NCBI GenBank assembly: GCA_963820525.1
Contig: CAWGAA010000001.1
Coordinates: forward strand, 2,528,001 to 2,592,000
Origin: an uncultured Spirochaetota bacterium
GTDB taxonomy: Bacteria; Spirochaetota; Spirochaetia; SZUA-6; Fen-1364
Length of the DNA: 64,000 nucleotides
Direction of reading: 5' to 3'
The position numbers and the translations under genes are program-made. Position 1 is the stretch's first letter; every line of letters begins with the position of its first letter. This document shows, one piece after another, positions 30,386 to 38,164 of the stretch. The notes under the pieces are model-generated. The model saw only the letters and a list, made by a program, of their open reading frames with translations. It made no database searches and was not told the origin of the DNA.

Positions 30386-31066
30386 TTACGCCGCCGCGAC
30401 CGCCCATCCAGAATCCAGGCCGGCCGGCCCGTCCGGCGGGATCTCGGAGACTATCGAGAGCCGCCATGGGTGAGGTTCCTCCTCGAGGCTGCGCCGCTTT
30501 GCCTTGGGTACCTTGCGGTACAAAAGGAGAAACATGCCGTAGACGAACAGCGTCTGAAGCACTCCAAGGGCGGCTATCGCCACCGGGTCGCGCAGCCGTG
30601 CCATGGCCACGATGCTCACGGCGGAGCCGGCAAAGGAGCCGAAGGCGTCCGCCATCGCGTAGCGGCGGTCGAAGGCGGCCCGGTTCCTGCGGTACTTCAC
30701 CTCCTTGATCTTCTGCATGAGGAAAACCACAGAGGCTGAGAACACCCCCATGATGAACATCGTGAGAAGGTAGTAGGCCATCAGGTCCACCGCGGCAAGA
30801 ACTGCGGATGCCGTTGTGACGGCGAGCTCGGCGACCATGAGCGCCGGCAGGACGGCGTAGAGCCTGCCGAAGAGCTTCCGGTTTCCGAGCATGGCGCCGA
30901 TGAGCACGGGAAAGGCCGATGACATGAACGAACCCAACGCGATGATGCGGCCGTCGAGACGCGAAAGGATGACGCTCACGTACAGAGGATTGAGAAAACC
31001 GTAAAAGAAACTGGCGATGAAGCCGCTGAGAACGAAGACGTCGAGGTAATGCTGTAATTTCTTCAT
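30386..31066 (-). CDS. Half-size (about 6 TM) MFS-like membrane protein
   Basis: Six hydrophobic segments with MFS-like N-domain pattern; AGGAGGTG SD before ATG 31066. Confidence 0.7.
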   Translation of the reverse strand: MKKLQHYLDVFVLSGFIASFFYGFLNPLYVSVILSRLDGRIIALGSFMSSAFPVLIGAMLGNRKLFGRLYAVLPALMVAELAVTTASAVLAAVDLMAYYLLTMFIMGVFSASVVFLMQKIKEVKYRRNRAAFDRRYAMADAFGSFAGSAVSIVAMARLRDPVAIAALGVLQTLFVYGMFLLLYRKVPKAKRRSLEEEPHPWRLSIVSEIPPDGPAGLDSGWAVAAA

Positions 31067-31229
31067 TTCCCACCTCCTGCGCGTGGACGGGACACGCATA
31101 GGAGATGGAAGAGACATCCCCTATGCCCTAAGCGAAGCTGTTACTCCCAGGATCTTCGGAATGATCCATTTTCCCTCCCCCTTTGAAAAAGGGCATAACG
31201 TACGGCTCCCAAATGCCGAGCCGCGGGAC
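31067..31229 (-). promoter_or_regulatory. Putative translational attenuator (structured 5' leader)
   Basis: Mutually exclusive helices: UAUGCCCU/AGGGCAUA; GCAUAGGGGAUG/CAUCUCCUAUGC; UUCCAUCUCCU pairing with the SD region AGGAGGUGGGA. Confidence 0.7.
31128..31169 (-). CDS. Putative leader peptide MDHSEDPGSNSFA
   Basis: GGAGG SD 4 nt before ATG; stop TAG abuts the anti-anti-SD helix. Confidence 0.55.
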   Translation of the reverse strand: MDHSEDPGSNSFA

Positions 31230-31235
31230 ACCACA

Positions 31236-31265
31236 AGCGTACCACCGGGGCAGGCCCTGAGTCAA
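31236..31265 (-). promoter_or_regulatory. sigma70-like promoter with extended -10
   Basis: TTGACT-18-TACGCT with TG just upstream of the -10. Confidence 0.55.
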
Positions 31266-32014
31266 CTTCGAAGCAGCTCGCCCCCGGACCCCACATCCCG
31301 GTTGGCATCATCGGCAGAATCGAGAAGCTCGATGAGCTCGCGCCAGTGCGAGATGGCTTTGAACTCTCCGACATCTTCAGGCATGTCCTGCTTGCCGTCG
31401 TACACGATGGGGAGCATGCCGACCGCCGAGGGGCCCTGTACGTCATAGACGATGTTGTCTCCCACGAACCAGGCTTCCTGCGGCGAGACTCCCAATCGGG
31501 CAAGCGCCACATCGAAGATGACCCTGTCGGGCTTTCGAATCCCATAGTCCGCGCTGGAGACGACGAACCGGAAGCGCGGCAGGAGCCCTCGCCCGCCCAG
31601 TTCCCTTTCCAGCGTAGCGCTCATGAAGGAAGAATTGCTTACGATGCACTTTTCAATCCGCCGCGCGTCGAGCTCGGCAAGAACCTCCCCGATCCCGTCG
31701 GTCAGGCTTATTCTCAAGGATGCGGCCCAGAACGCCCATTCCAGCTCGGAAAGGGAGACGCGAAAGCGAAGATCGAACGTATCGGCCAGGATTTTCAAGA
31801 GCGATTGCTCGGTGAACTCCAGCCTGCTCTCCTCCTCCCAGGGCGAGACGGTCGTGACCACCCGGTCCGCCAGCTCCTGCACGCTTTGAAGGGCTGCGCC
31901 GGAGGGATTCTCCGCCAGGGCAAAGACGGCGGCGTTTCCCCGCGCAGGATCGAACTCATCGGAACGGATCACCGTGCCCCACAGGTCGAAAAGAATCGCT
32001 TTCGGTTTCCTCAT
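31262..32014 (-). CDS. HAD-superfamily hydrolase (subfamily IA)
   Basis: ILFDLWGT, IVSN, RKPD, FVGDNIVYDV; ATGA coupling with the SDR gene. Confidence 0.88.
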   Translation of the reverse strand: MRKPKAILFDLWGTVIRSDEFDPARGNAAVFALAENPSGAALQSVQELADRVVTTVSPWEEESRLEFTEQSLLKILADTFDLRFRVSLSELEWAFWAASLRISLTDGIGEVLAELDARRIEKCIVSNSSFMSATLERELGGRGLLPRFRFVVSSADYGIRKPDRVIFDVALARLGVSPQEAWFVGDNIVYDVQGPSAVGMLPIVYDGKQDMPEDVGEFKAISHWRELIELLDSADDANRDVGSGGELLRS

Positions 32015-32805
32015 TCCGCTCTCGCAGCGATCCGATAGTAGAGCCGGCGAGGCAGGAGGCTGACGAGCCGCAAAAGGATCCGGTTCAGGAGGCCGGGAAT
32101 GCAGACGGCCTTTCCCCTCTTCAAGGCCTTCAGGGAGGCATCGACCACCTCGTCCGCTTCCATCCACCGCAGAAGCCCCCGGTTGGGCTGCCTTCCCTTC
32201 ATCCCCAGCTTGTTGTGGAAATCGGTGTGGGTAAATCCCGGACAGAGGCTCTGCACTCTCACCCCGTTCTGCGCCACCGTCATGTGCATCGATTCGCTGA
32301 AAGAATTGAGGAAAGATTTCGTCGCCGAATAGAGCCCGCTCCCGGGCAGCGGCAGAAAGGCGGCCATCGAGGCGACATTGATGATCGTCCCCTTCCGCCG
32401 CTTGATCATCGGGGGGAGGACCGTTTTCATCAGCCTCACGGGGGCCAGAACATGGACCTGCATCATTGCCAGCCCTTCCGCGATGTCCCCTTCGAGGAAG
32501 CCGTCCCGCGCCCCGAAGCCCGCGTTGTTGACGAGGACCTCGATGTCGGTGCGCCCGCGCGCCGCCTCGATCACCTTCAGGAGGTCTCTCTCCCTGGCGA
32601 ACTCCGCGATGATGGGCCTGACCTCCACGCCGTGCGCCTTCTTCAGCGCCGAGGTGACCTTGCGAATCTCCCCGGCCCTTCTGCCCGTGATGATCAGGTT
32701 GTAGCCCAGCCTCGCGAAGCGCTCCGCGAAAGCCTTCCCGATCCCGCTCGTCGCTCCCGTGATCAAGGCGCTCGGCGAAGCGCCACCTTTCATAATGGCG
32801 TTCAT
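32011..32805 (-). CDS. Short-chain dehydrogenase/reductase
   Basis: TGATSGIG, NNAG, YSATK; TATAAT upstream (alternative start 32793). Confidence 0.92.
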   Translation of the reverse strand: MNAIMKGGASPSALITGATSGIGKAFAERFARLGYNLIITGRRAGEIRKVTSALKKAHGVEVRPIIAEFARERDLLKVIEAARGRTDIEVLVNNAGFGARDGFLEGDIAEGLAMMQVHVLAPVRLMKTVLPPMIKRRKGTIINVASMAAFLPLPGSGLYSATKSFLNSFSESMHMTVAQNGVRVQSLCPGFTHTDFHNKLGMKGRQPNRGLLRWMEADEVVDASLKALKRGKAVCIPGLLNRILLRLVSLLPRRLYYRIAARAE

Positions 32806-32848
32806 TCCTCTATTATTATACTGAAAGCTGAATCGAATCGAGAAGCAG

Positions 32849-33853
32849 GTGGAATGCAAAAGAACGGCGGCGCGCGCCGCAGGGCGGGAAAAATTGGCGC
32901 TCCTCGGGAGGGCGGAGCTCTTCTCCACGCTGGACGAGGAGGAGATCGCGATCATCGCGAGATACAGCGGATACCATTCCTTCGACGCGGGCCAGGTGAT
33001 CTTCTCCGAGGGCAGCCAGGTTGAGGAGTTGTACCTCATCAAATCGGGGACCGTGGTTATCCGCAAGAAGACCGAAGGCGGAGAGGATAACGACATAGCG
33101 CGATTCCTCGAAGGAGAGCTGTTCGGGGAGATGGACCTTCTGGACACCACTCCTCGTGACGCCTCCGCCATCGCGGAAACCCCCACGAACCTCCTCATCT
33201 TTCCCCGGCGCGGGTTGCTCTTTCCCAACATCCTTGAACGGCACCCCAACATCTTCGCCCGTATCCTCCAGAAGCTCCTGGGCATCGTCGCCGGAAGGAT
33301 TCGCGCAACCGACAGGCTCATCTCGGAGAAGACCCCGTGGATACAGGAGCTGAAGAGACAGCTCTTGCGGGACAAGCTCACCAGCCTCCATAACAAGGCC
33401 TACCTCGAGGAGGAGCTTCCGAGGATCCTCGCCAAAATCCCGCAGACGAGCTTCCTCGTGGTGAAGCCGGACAACTTCAAGACGATAAACGACGTCCATG
33501 GGCACGATGCCGGCGACAAAGCCCTGGTCCTCATCGCGGAAACCCTGAAATCCGGCTTGAAGGATGCGGACATCGCGGTCCGCTACAGGGGGGACGAGTT
33601 TTGCATCATCCTGAACGGCAGGCCGTGCAATGAGGCGGTGCGGATAGCCGCTGATCTCCTCGTCGTCTATAAGGGTATTGACGTCACGCCTCTCATTGCC
33701 GGCGAGCGGCTTACCCTCACCGCCAGCATCGGAGTTTCCAGCTTCCCCGACCTCGCCAGGGACGCGGCCTCCCTCGTGTCCAACGCTTTCGAAGCGATGA
33801 TGGAAGCGAGAAACTCCGGGGGAGACGGTTTTCGCGTCAGGGGGGGAGCATGA
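32849..33853 (+). CDS. cNMP-binding + degenerate GGDEF (RGDEF) protein
   Basis: Phosphate-binding cassette FGEM...PRDASA; KPDNFKTINDVHGHDAGD; RYRGDEF. Confidence 0.9.
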   Translation: MECKRTAARAAGREKLALLGRAELFSTLDEEEIAIIARYSGYHSFDAGQVIFSEGSQVEELYLIKSGTVVIRKKTEGGEDNDIARFLEGELFGEMDLLDTTPRDASAIAETPTNLLIFPRRGLLFPNILERHPNIFARILQKLLGIVAGRIRATDRLISEKTPWIQELKRQLLRDKLTSLHNKAYLEEELPRILAKIPQTSFLVVKPDNFKTINDVHGHDAGDKALVLIAETLKSGLKDADIAVRYRGDEFCIILNGRPCNEAVRIAADLLVVYKGIDVTPLIAGERLTLTASIGVSSFPDLARDAASLVSNAFEAMMEARNSGGDGFRVRGGA

Positions 33854-34821
33854 GGGAGATTGCGGTATTGGAAAAGGCCGCCATCTTCTCACTCCTGGAA
33901 CGCCGAGAGCTCGGCGAGCTGGCCGAGCACCTGGCCACGGTGACCCTGCACGATGGGGAGATACTTTTTCTGGAGGGAGACGAGGGCAACGACCTGTATA
34001 TCGTGAAGAACGGGAAGGTCAGCGTCGGCATCCGGCTTCCCGACGGAACGGATCACGAGATCACGCGCTTTTCCGCGGGAGATTTCTTCGGGGATATGTC
34101 GATTTTCGACAATGCTCCCCGCTCGGCCACATGCAGGGCGGTGGAGGAGACCTCGCTGTACAGCCTGTCGAAAGCCGCTTTCTCCGACATCATCAGGGAT
34201 CACCCCCGCATCGCCCTGAAGCTCATGTACCGGATGCTCAACGTCACGACGCAGCGCCTGCGCAACACGAGCGAGCTGGTCTCTGACATGGTGATCTGGG
34301 GTGAAAGCGCTCGCAAGCGCGCGGTCACCGACGAGCTCACCGGCGTCTACAACAGGCGATTCCTGGAAGACTCTCTGGGAAACTACATGGCCGAAGCCCG
34401 GGAGAAAGGGGAAGCGCTCTCCCTCATCATTGTCGACCTCGATTATTTCCGCCGCATCAATGAGCGCTATGGAAACGCAAAGGGCGACGAGGCCATCCGG
34501 GAGGCGACGCGCCTTTTCACGCGATTCCTCCGGCAGCGGGACGTCGTTGCCCGCTACGGCGGGGACGAGTTCATGATCCTCCTGCCCGGCGCGGTATCCA
34601 CGGAGGCGATGGCCGTCGCCTCTGCGATCTGCGCCGAGGTTTCGACCCTCAGCATCGCCGCGGGAGCCGACGGAGCGACCATCGGGGTTACGGTGAGCAT
34701 GGGCATCGCCTCCTATCCGCAGCACGCGGGAGACCTTCCGTCGCTTCGAAGCGCGGCGGATGCGGCGCTGTACAGGGCCAAGGAGGGCGGGCGCAACCGC
34801 GTTCTGTGCGCGGAAGGCTGA
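33850..34821 (+). CDS. cNMP-binding + GGDEF protein
   Basis: FGDM...PRSAT; DELTGVYNRR; DLDYFRRINERYGNAKGD; RQRD I-site; RYGGDEF; ADAALYRAKEGGRN; ATGA coupling. Confidence 0.92.
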   Translation: MREIAVLEKAAIFSLLERRELGELAEHLATVTLHDGEILFLEGDEGNDLYIVKNGKVSVGIRLPDGTDHEITRFSAGDFFGDMSIFDNAPRSATCRAVEETSLYSLSKAAFSDIIRDHPRIALKLMYRMLNVTTQRLRNTSELVSDMVIWGESARKRAVTDELTGVYNRRFLEDSLGNYMAEAREKGEALSLIIVDLDYFRRINERYGNAKGDEAIREATRLFTRFLRQRDVVARYGGDEFMILLPGAVSTEAMAVASAICAEVSTLSIAAGADGATIGVTVSMGIASYPQHAGDLPSLRSAADAALYRAKEGGRNRVLCAEG

Positions 34822-34855
34822 CGGCAGGAGGACTCATCGCCAGCGGGAGCCGACT

Positions 34856-36013
34856 ATGAGCAAGACGGGGATCGCGCGGATTGGGGAGAAAAACAGAGTC
34901 ATCGCCAATATCATCGAGGCAATCGACACGCGATGGCACTTCCTCATGCTCGGCCATACCAGCCCCGACGACGACTGCATCGCTTCCATGATCTCCTTCG
35001 CTCTGATTCTTCGCATGTTCGACAAGGAGGCGATGATCCACCTCGACGGCCGCGTCCACGATCACTTCAGCTACCTCCTGGACATCTGCTCCTACAACTC
35101 CATCCGCGTCACCTACACGGGCTCCCCTCTGCCTTCACCGATCGACACGATCGTCCTCTGCGACACTCCCAAGCCTTCGATGATCGGCGTGACGCCGGGC
35201 GAAGGCGGACGGCTGGCAGACCCCGCCCTCCTCCGCATCGAGATCGACCACCATCTGGGCGCTGACAGCAACTACTTCGGAGACGACGGCTACAGGCTGG
35301 TGAGCGAGGCATCCTCGGCGAGTGAGCTCGTCGGTCACCTGCTGTTGAAGCTGCGCGACCGCAGGGACCTCTTGGAGAGATACCAGATCGCCGAGGTTCT
35401 CCCGCGCAACCTCGTCTTGACCATTCTTACCGGAATCATCGGCGATTCCAACATGGGTCAGTTCCTCAAATCCCGCCGGGAGAGAAGGTACTACGAGATC
35501 TTCAGCGGCATGTTCAATGATCTGCTGGCGAAAACGACCACCAAGAGGTCGAACTTCTTCACCAAGGACCAGGTGCACGACGAGCTTCAGAGGCTCTCAT
35601 CGTGCGAGGTGGCCTGCTTCCGTTTCATGATGGACAGGAAGCGCTTCTCCTCTTCCGTCGGCTACGTGGCACTTTCCCAGGAATCGACGGCCGCAATGCA
35701 CGAGTCCTTCGACGCGGAGACGATCGTCTCCACCGCGCGCCTCGTGGCGGATCACCTGGCGGAGGAGAGCGCGCGCGTCAGCCTTGTGGCGTTCTACGAT
35801 GCGCCGGAAAAAGGCGACCTCATCCAGTTTCGCGTCCGCAGGGCGGGTGCCTACAAGGGCTACGACCTTCGAAAGCTCATTGGGCTTTTCTCGATCGCAA
35901 ACGGAGGAGGCCACGAGGGGGCCATCGCTTTCCGCGTGCCTCGGGATCAGGTGCCGGACTTCGACGGCTATATCGCGGGGATCGTTTCGGGAATCGAAGC
36001 GGCGCTGGCCTAA
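34856..36013 (+). CDS. DHH/DHHA1 phosphoesterase (NrnA/Pde2-like)
   Basis: GHTSPDDD, CDT, IDHH, GIIGDS, GGGH motifs. Confidence 0.88.
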   Translation: MSKTGIARIGEKNRVIANIIEAIDTRWHFLMLGHTSPDDDCIASMISFALILRMFDKEAMIHLDGRVHDHFSYLLDICSYNSIRVTYTGSPLPSPIDTIVLCDTPKPSMIGVTPGEGGRLADPALLRIEIDHHLGADSNYFGDDGYRLVSEASSASELVGHLLLKLRDRRDLLERYQIAEVLPRNLVLTILTGIIGDSNMGQFLKSRRERRYYEIFSGMFNDLLAKTTTKRSNFFTKDQVHDELQRLSSCEVACFRFMMDRKRFSSSVGYVALSQESTAAMHESFDAETIVSTARLVADHLAEESARVSLVAFYDAPEKGDLIQFRVRRAGAYKGYDLRKLIGLFSIANGGGHEGAIAFRVPRDQVPDFDGYIAGIVSGIEAALA

Positions 36014-36015
36014 AG

Positions 36016-38154
36016 TCACTTCACCGCGAGGGCGAAGACCCCATCCCAGTTCCTGCCCGGCGGGTTCGTCTTGAAAAGGGCGATGCGCCGGAGAAAGATC
36101 TCGCTTGTCTCGTCCTTGAACTTCTCATGGAGGAACACGAAGGCCTTCTCCGCGGCCTGCCACTTCTGGTTTCTGTACAGCTCCAGCCCCTCCTCGAAGA
36201 TCTTCTTGATGTTATGGAGCTTTTCGGAGGCCAGCTTTTTGGACTGGAGGAGCTCGAATATCCTCACCGGTTTGGTCTTGCCCTTCACGGTGAGCATGTC
36301 GATCTCCCGGCAGAGGTAGCTCTCCTTCACCTTATCGAATACCGCCTCCGTGATCAGGGTCTTGGTTCCGTAGGTCTTGTTGGCCCCTTCCAGGCGGGCG
36401 GCGAGGTTCACCGTGTCGCCGATGCTGGTGAAATCCATGCGGTTCTTCGCGCCGACGCTGCCGAAGACGACGGGTCCCGTGTTGATCCCGATCCCGATGG
36501 ACACCACGTTCCGCTTGGCGAGCCGCGCGATCTCCCGCTCCTCCGCCATGCTCTTTCGGATTTCGAGGCTGGTCTTGCAGGCATTGAGCTCTTTGCGCGC
36601 CCCCTCGTACATCGCCATCACCTCGTCACCGACGAACTTGTCCACGTCTCCGCTGTTGGCAAAGATCACCGAGGATTGGATATCGAGGAAGTGGTTGAGC
36701 ATTTCCACCACCTTGTCCGGCTTCATCCCCTCGCAGAGGGTGGTGAAGCCCCGGATGTCGGTGAACAGGAACGTGAGGTCCCGCTTTTCCGTCGACGGCG
36801 TTTCGCGCTCGGAGTGTTTCAGCGTGGAAGCCGAGATGTAAGGAACGATCCCCCGGATCACCGTTGTCATGTTGCCGATCTCCGTGGAGAGGCTCTTGAT
36901 CTCATCCCGGGTGGCCACCCTGTCCCGGTATTGAAGGAGCTCCGAGGAGATCTTCAGCTTGCCCTTCACCATCCCGGCCAGAACGTTGGAGATGGAGTTC
37001 ACGCTCATGCGCAGGAAAAGGATGGGAAACACGATGGACCTGCCGGATACGTAGATCAGGAATACCGCGAGGTACACGAAGATGGCGGCGATGGCGAACA
37101 CCTTTACCTGCGTCCTGAAGAACTGCTCGTAGATGTCGTCCCGCGCGTAGTCGACCATGACGAATCCAAGAAACTTGGTGGCGAGGGTGACGGGGGCGAG
37201 AAACTCGTAGACGTCGTGCGACGGCTCGTAGCGCATGATCGTTTCGCTGAAGGGGGCGGTGGGCCGCTCCAGCTTCGTGCCGACCAGCACGCGGTCCGTG
37301 CTCGCCGCGACCGTGAAGACCTCGCCCCGGGGCTCCCGCTGGAAGAAGGACATGGTCTTGAAGCGCAAGGAGGAAACGAGATTCTTCTTGGCCTCGATGG
37401 AGAGATAGTCGTCGGCCCCTATCATGTCGCTGGGGTTCGCCTTGATCACGCTCGCCGTCCTGTCGGCGAGGTTCTTGCCGTCCTGGATCACGAACCCCAT
37501 GATCGTGTTGCTGAAGTTCTGCATCAGCACGAAGCTCAGCACGACGATGATGACGAGTATCAGGGGAACGAAGGAGAGGATCAGACGCTTCTGGATTCCC
37601 TGGCGCAGGAGAACCCGGAACAATCCCCGCGGTTTCTGCTCGGCGCTCCTTCGAAACTCGAGGTACTCCTGGTAGGTGGGGTTTCGCGTGCTGATGCTCG
37701 TGACCAGGAAATACAGAAAGTACGCGTTATATGCCAGGGAAGCGAAGAGCACTCCGTAGAGGATCGGCGAAGAGGCCATGAAGTAGCCGGTGCTTCGGGC
37801 ATTGACCACGATATGAGCGGCGATGATGCCCAGCACGATCCCCGAGCAGATGATGTTCAAAAGAATCGGCACAAGCCGGAGGGGCGACGTCAAAGCGGGG
37901 ATCCGCCGCTCGAGGAAGGAGGCGGAGAGCTTGAACAGACAGATCAGGGGGATCAGGAAGACGAGGAACCCCGAGACGATGAGAGGGACGAGCTTTTCCG
38001 CGGGACCTCCGAACAGCTGCAGGGGCATGTCGGGGGCGGAGAAAAGCCCTTCGAAGGTGATGAAAAGCGGGAGGAAAAACCACGCCAGGATTCCAAGGGA
38101 ATAAAGACTCTCCACCACGTGGAGAACGATCGAGATCCGTTCTTTGCGGCCCAT
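36016..38154 (-). CDS. Membrane-bound class III adenylate cyclase (multi-TM, Cache-like domain, HAMP, cyclase, TPR-like tail)
   Basis: FTDIRGFT, VDKFVGD, FTSIGDTVNLAARLEG. Confidence 0.92.
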   Translation of the reverse strand: MGRKERISIVLHVVESLYSLGILAWFFLPLFITFEGLFSAPDMPLQLFGGPAEKLVPLIVSGFLVFLIPLICLFKLSASFLERRIPALTSPLRLVPILLNIICSGIVLGIIAAHIVVNARSTGYFMASSPILYGVLFASLAYNAYFLYFLVTSISTRNPTYQEYLEFRRSAEQKPRGLFRVLLRQGIQKRLILSFVPLILVIIVVLSFVLMQNFSNTIMGFVIQDGKNLADRTASVIKANPSDMIGADDYLSIEAKKNLVSSLRFKTMSFFQREPRGEVFTVAASTDRVLVGTKLERPTAPFSETIMRYEPSHDVYEFLAPVTLATKFLGFVMVDYARDDIYEQFFRTQVKVFAIAAIFVYLAVFLIYVSGRSIVFPILFLRMSVNSISNVLAGMVKGKLKISSELLQYRDRVATRDEIKSLSTEIGNMTTVIRGIVPYISASTLKHSERETPSTEKRDLTFLFTDIRGFTTLCEGMKPDKVVEMLNHFLDIQSSVIFANSGDVDKFVGDEVMAMYEGARKELNACKTSLEIRKSMAEEREIARLAKRNVVSIGIGINTGPVVFGSVGAKNRMDFTSIGDTVNLAARLEGANKTYGTKTLITEAVFDKVKESYLCREIDMLTVKGKTKPVRIFELLQSKKLASEKLHNIKKIFEEGLELYRNQKWQAAEKAFVFLHEKFKDETSEIFLRRIALFKTNPPGRNWDGVFALAVK

Positions 38155-38164
38155 GATGCGCTCC

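Noticed and set aside
31096..31150. Plus-strand GGAGATGG...AGCGAAGCTG resembling a fluoride riboswitch
   Set aside because: Wrong strand for the downstream gene, GCUGAUGAC core missing; better explained by the minus-strand attenuator
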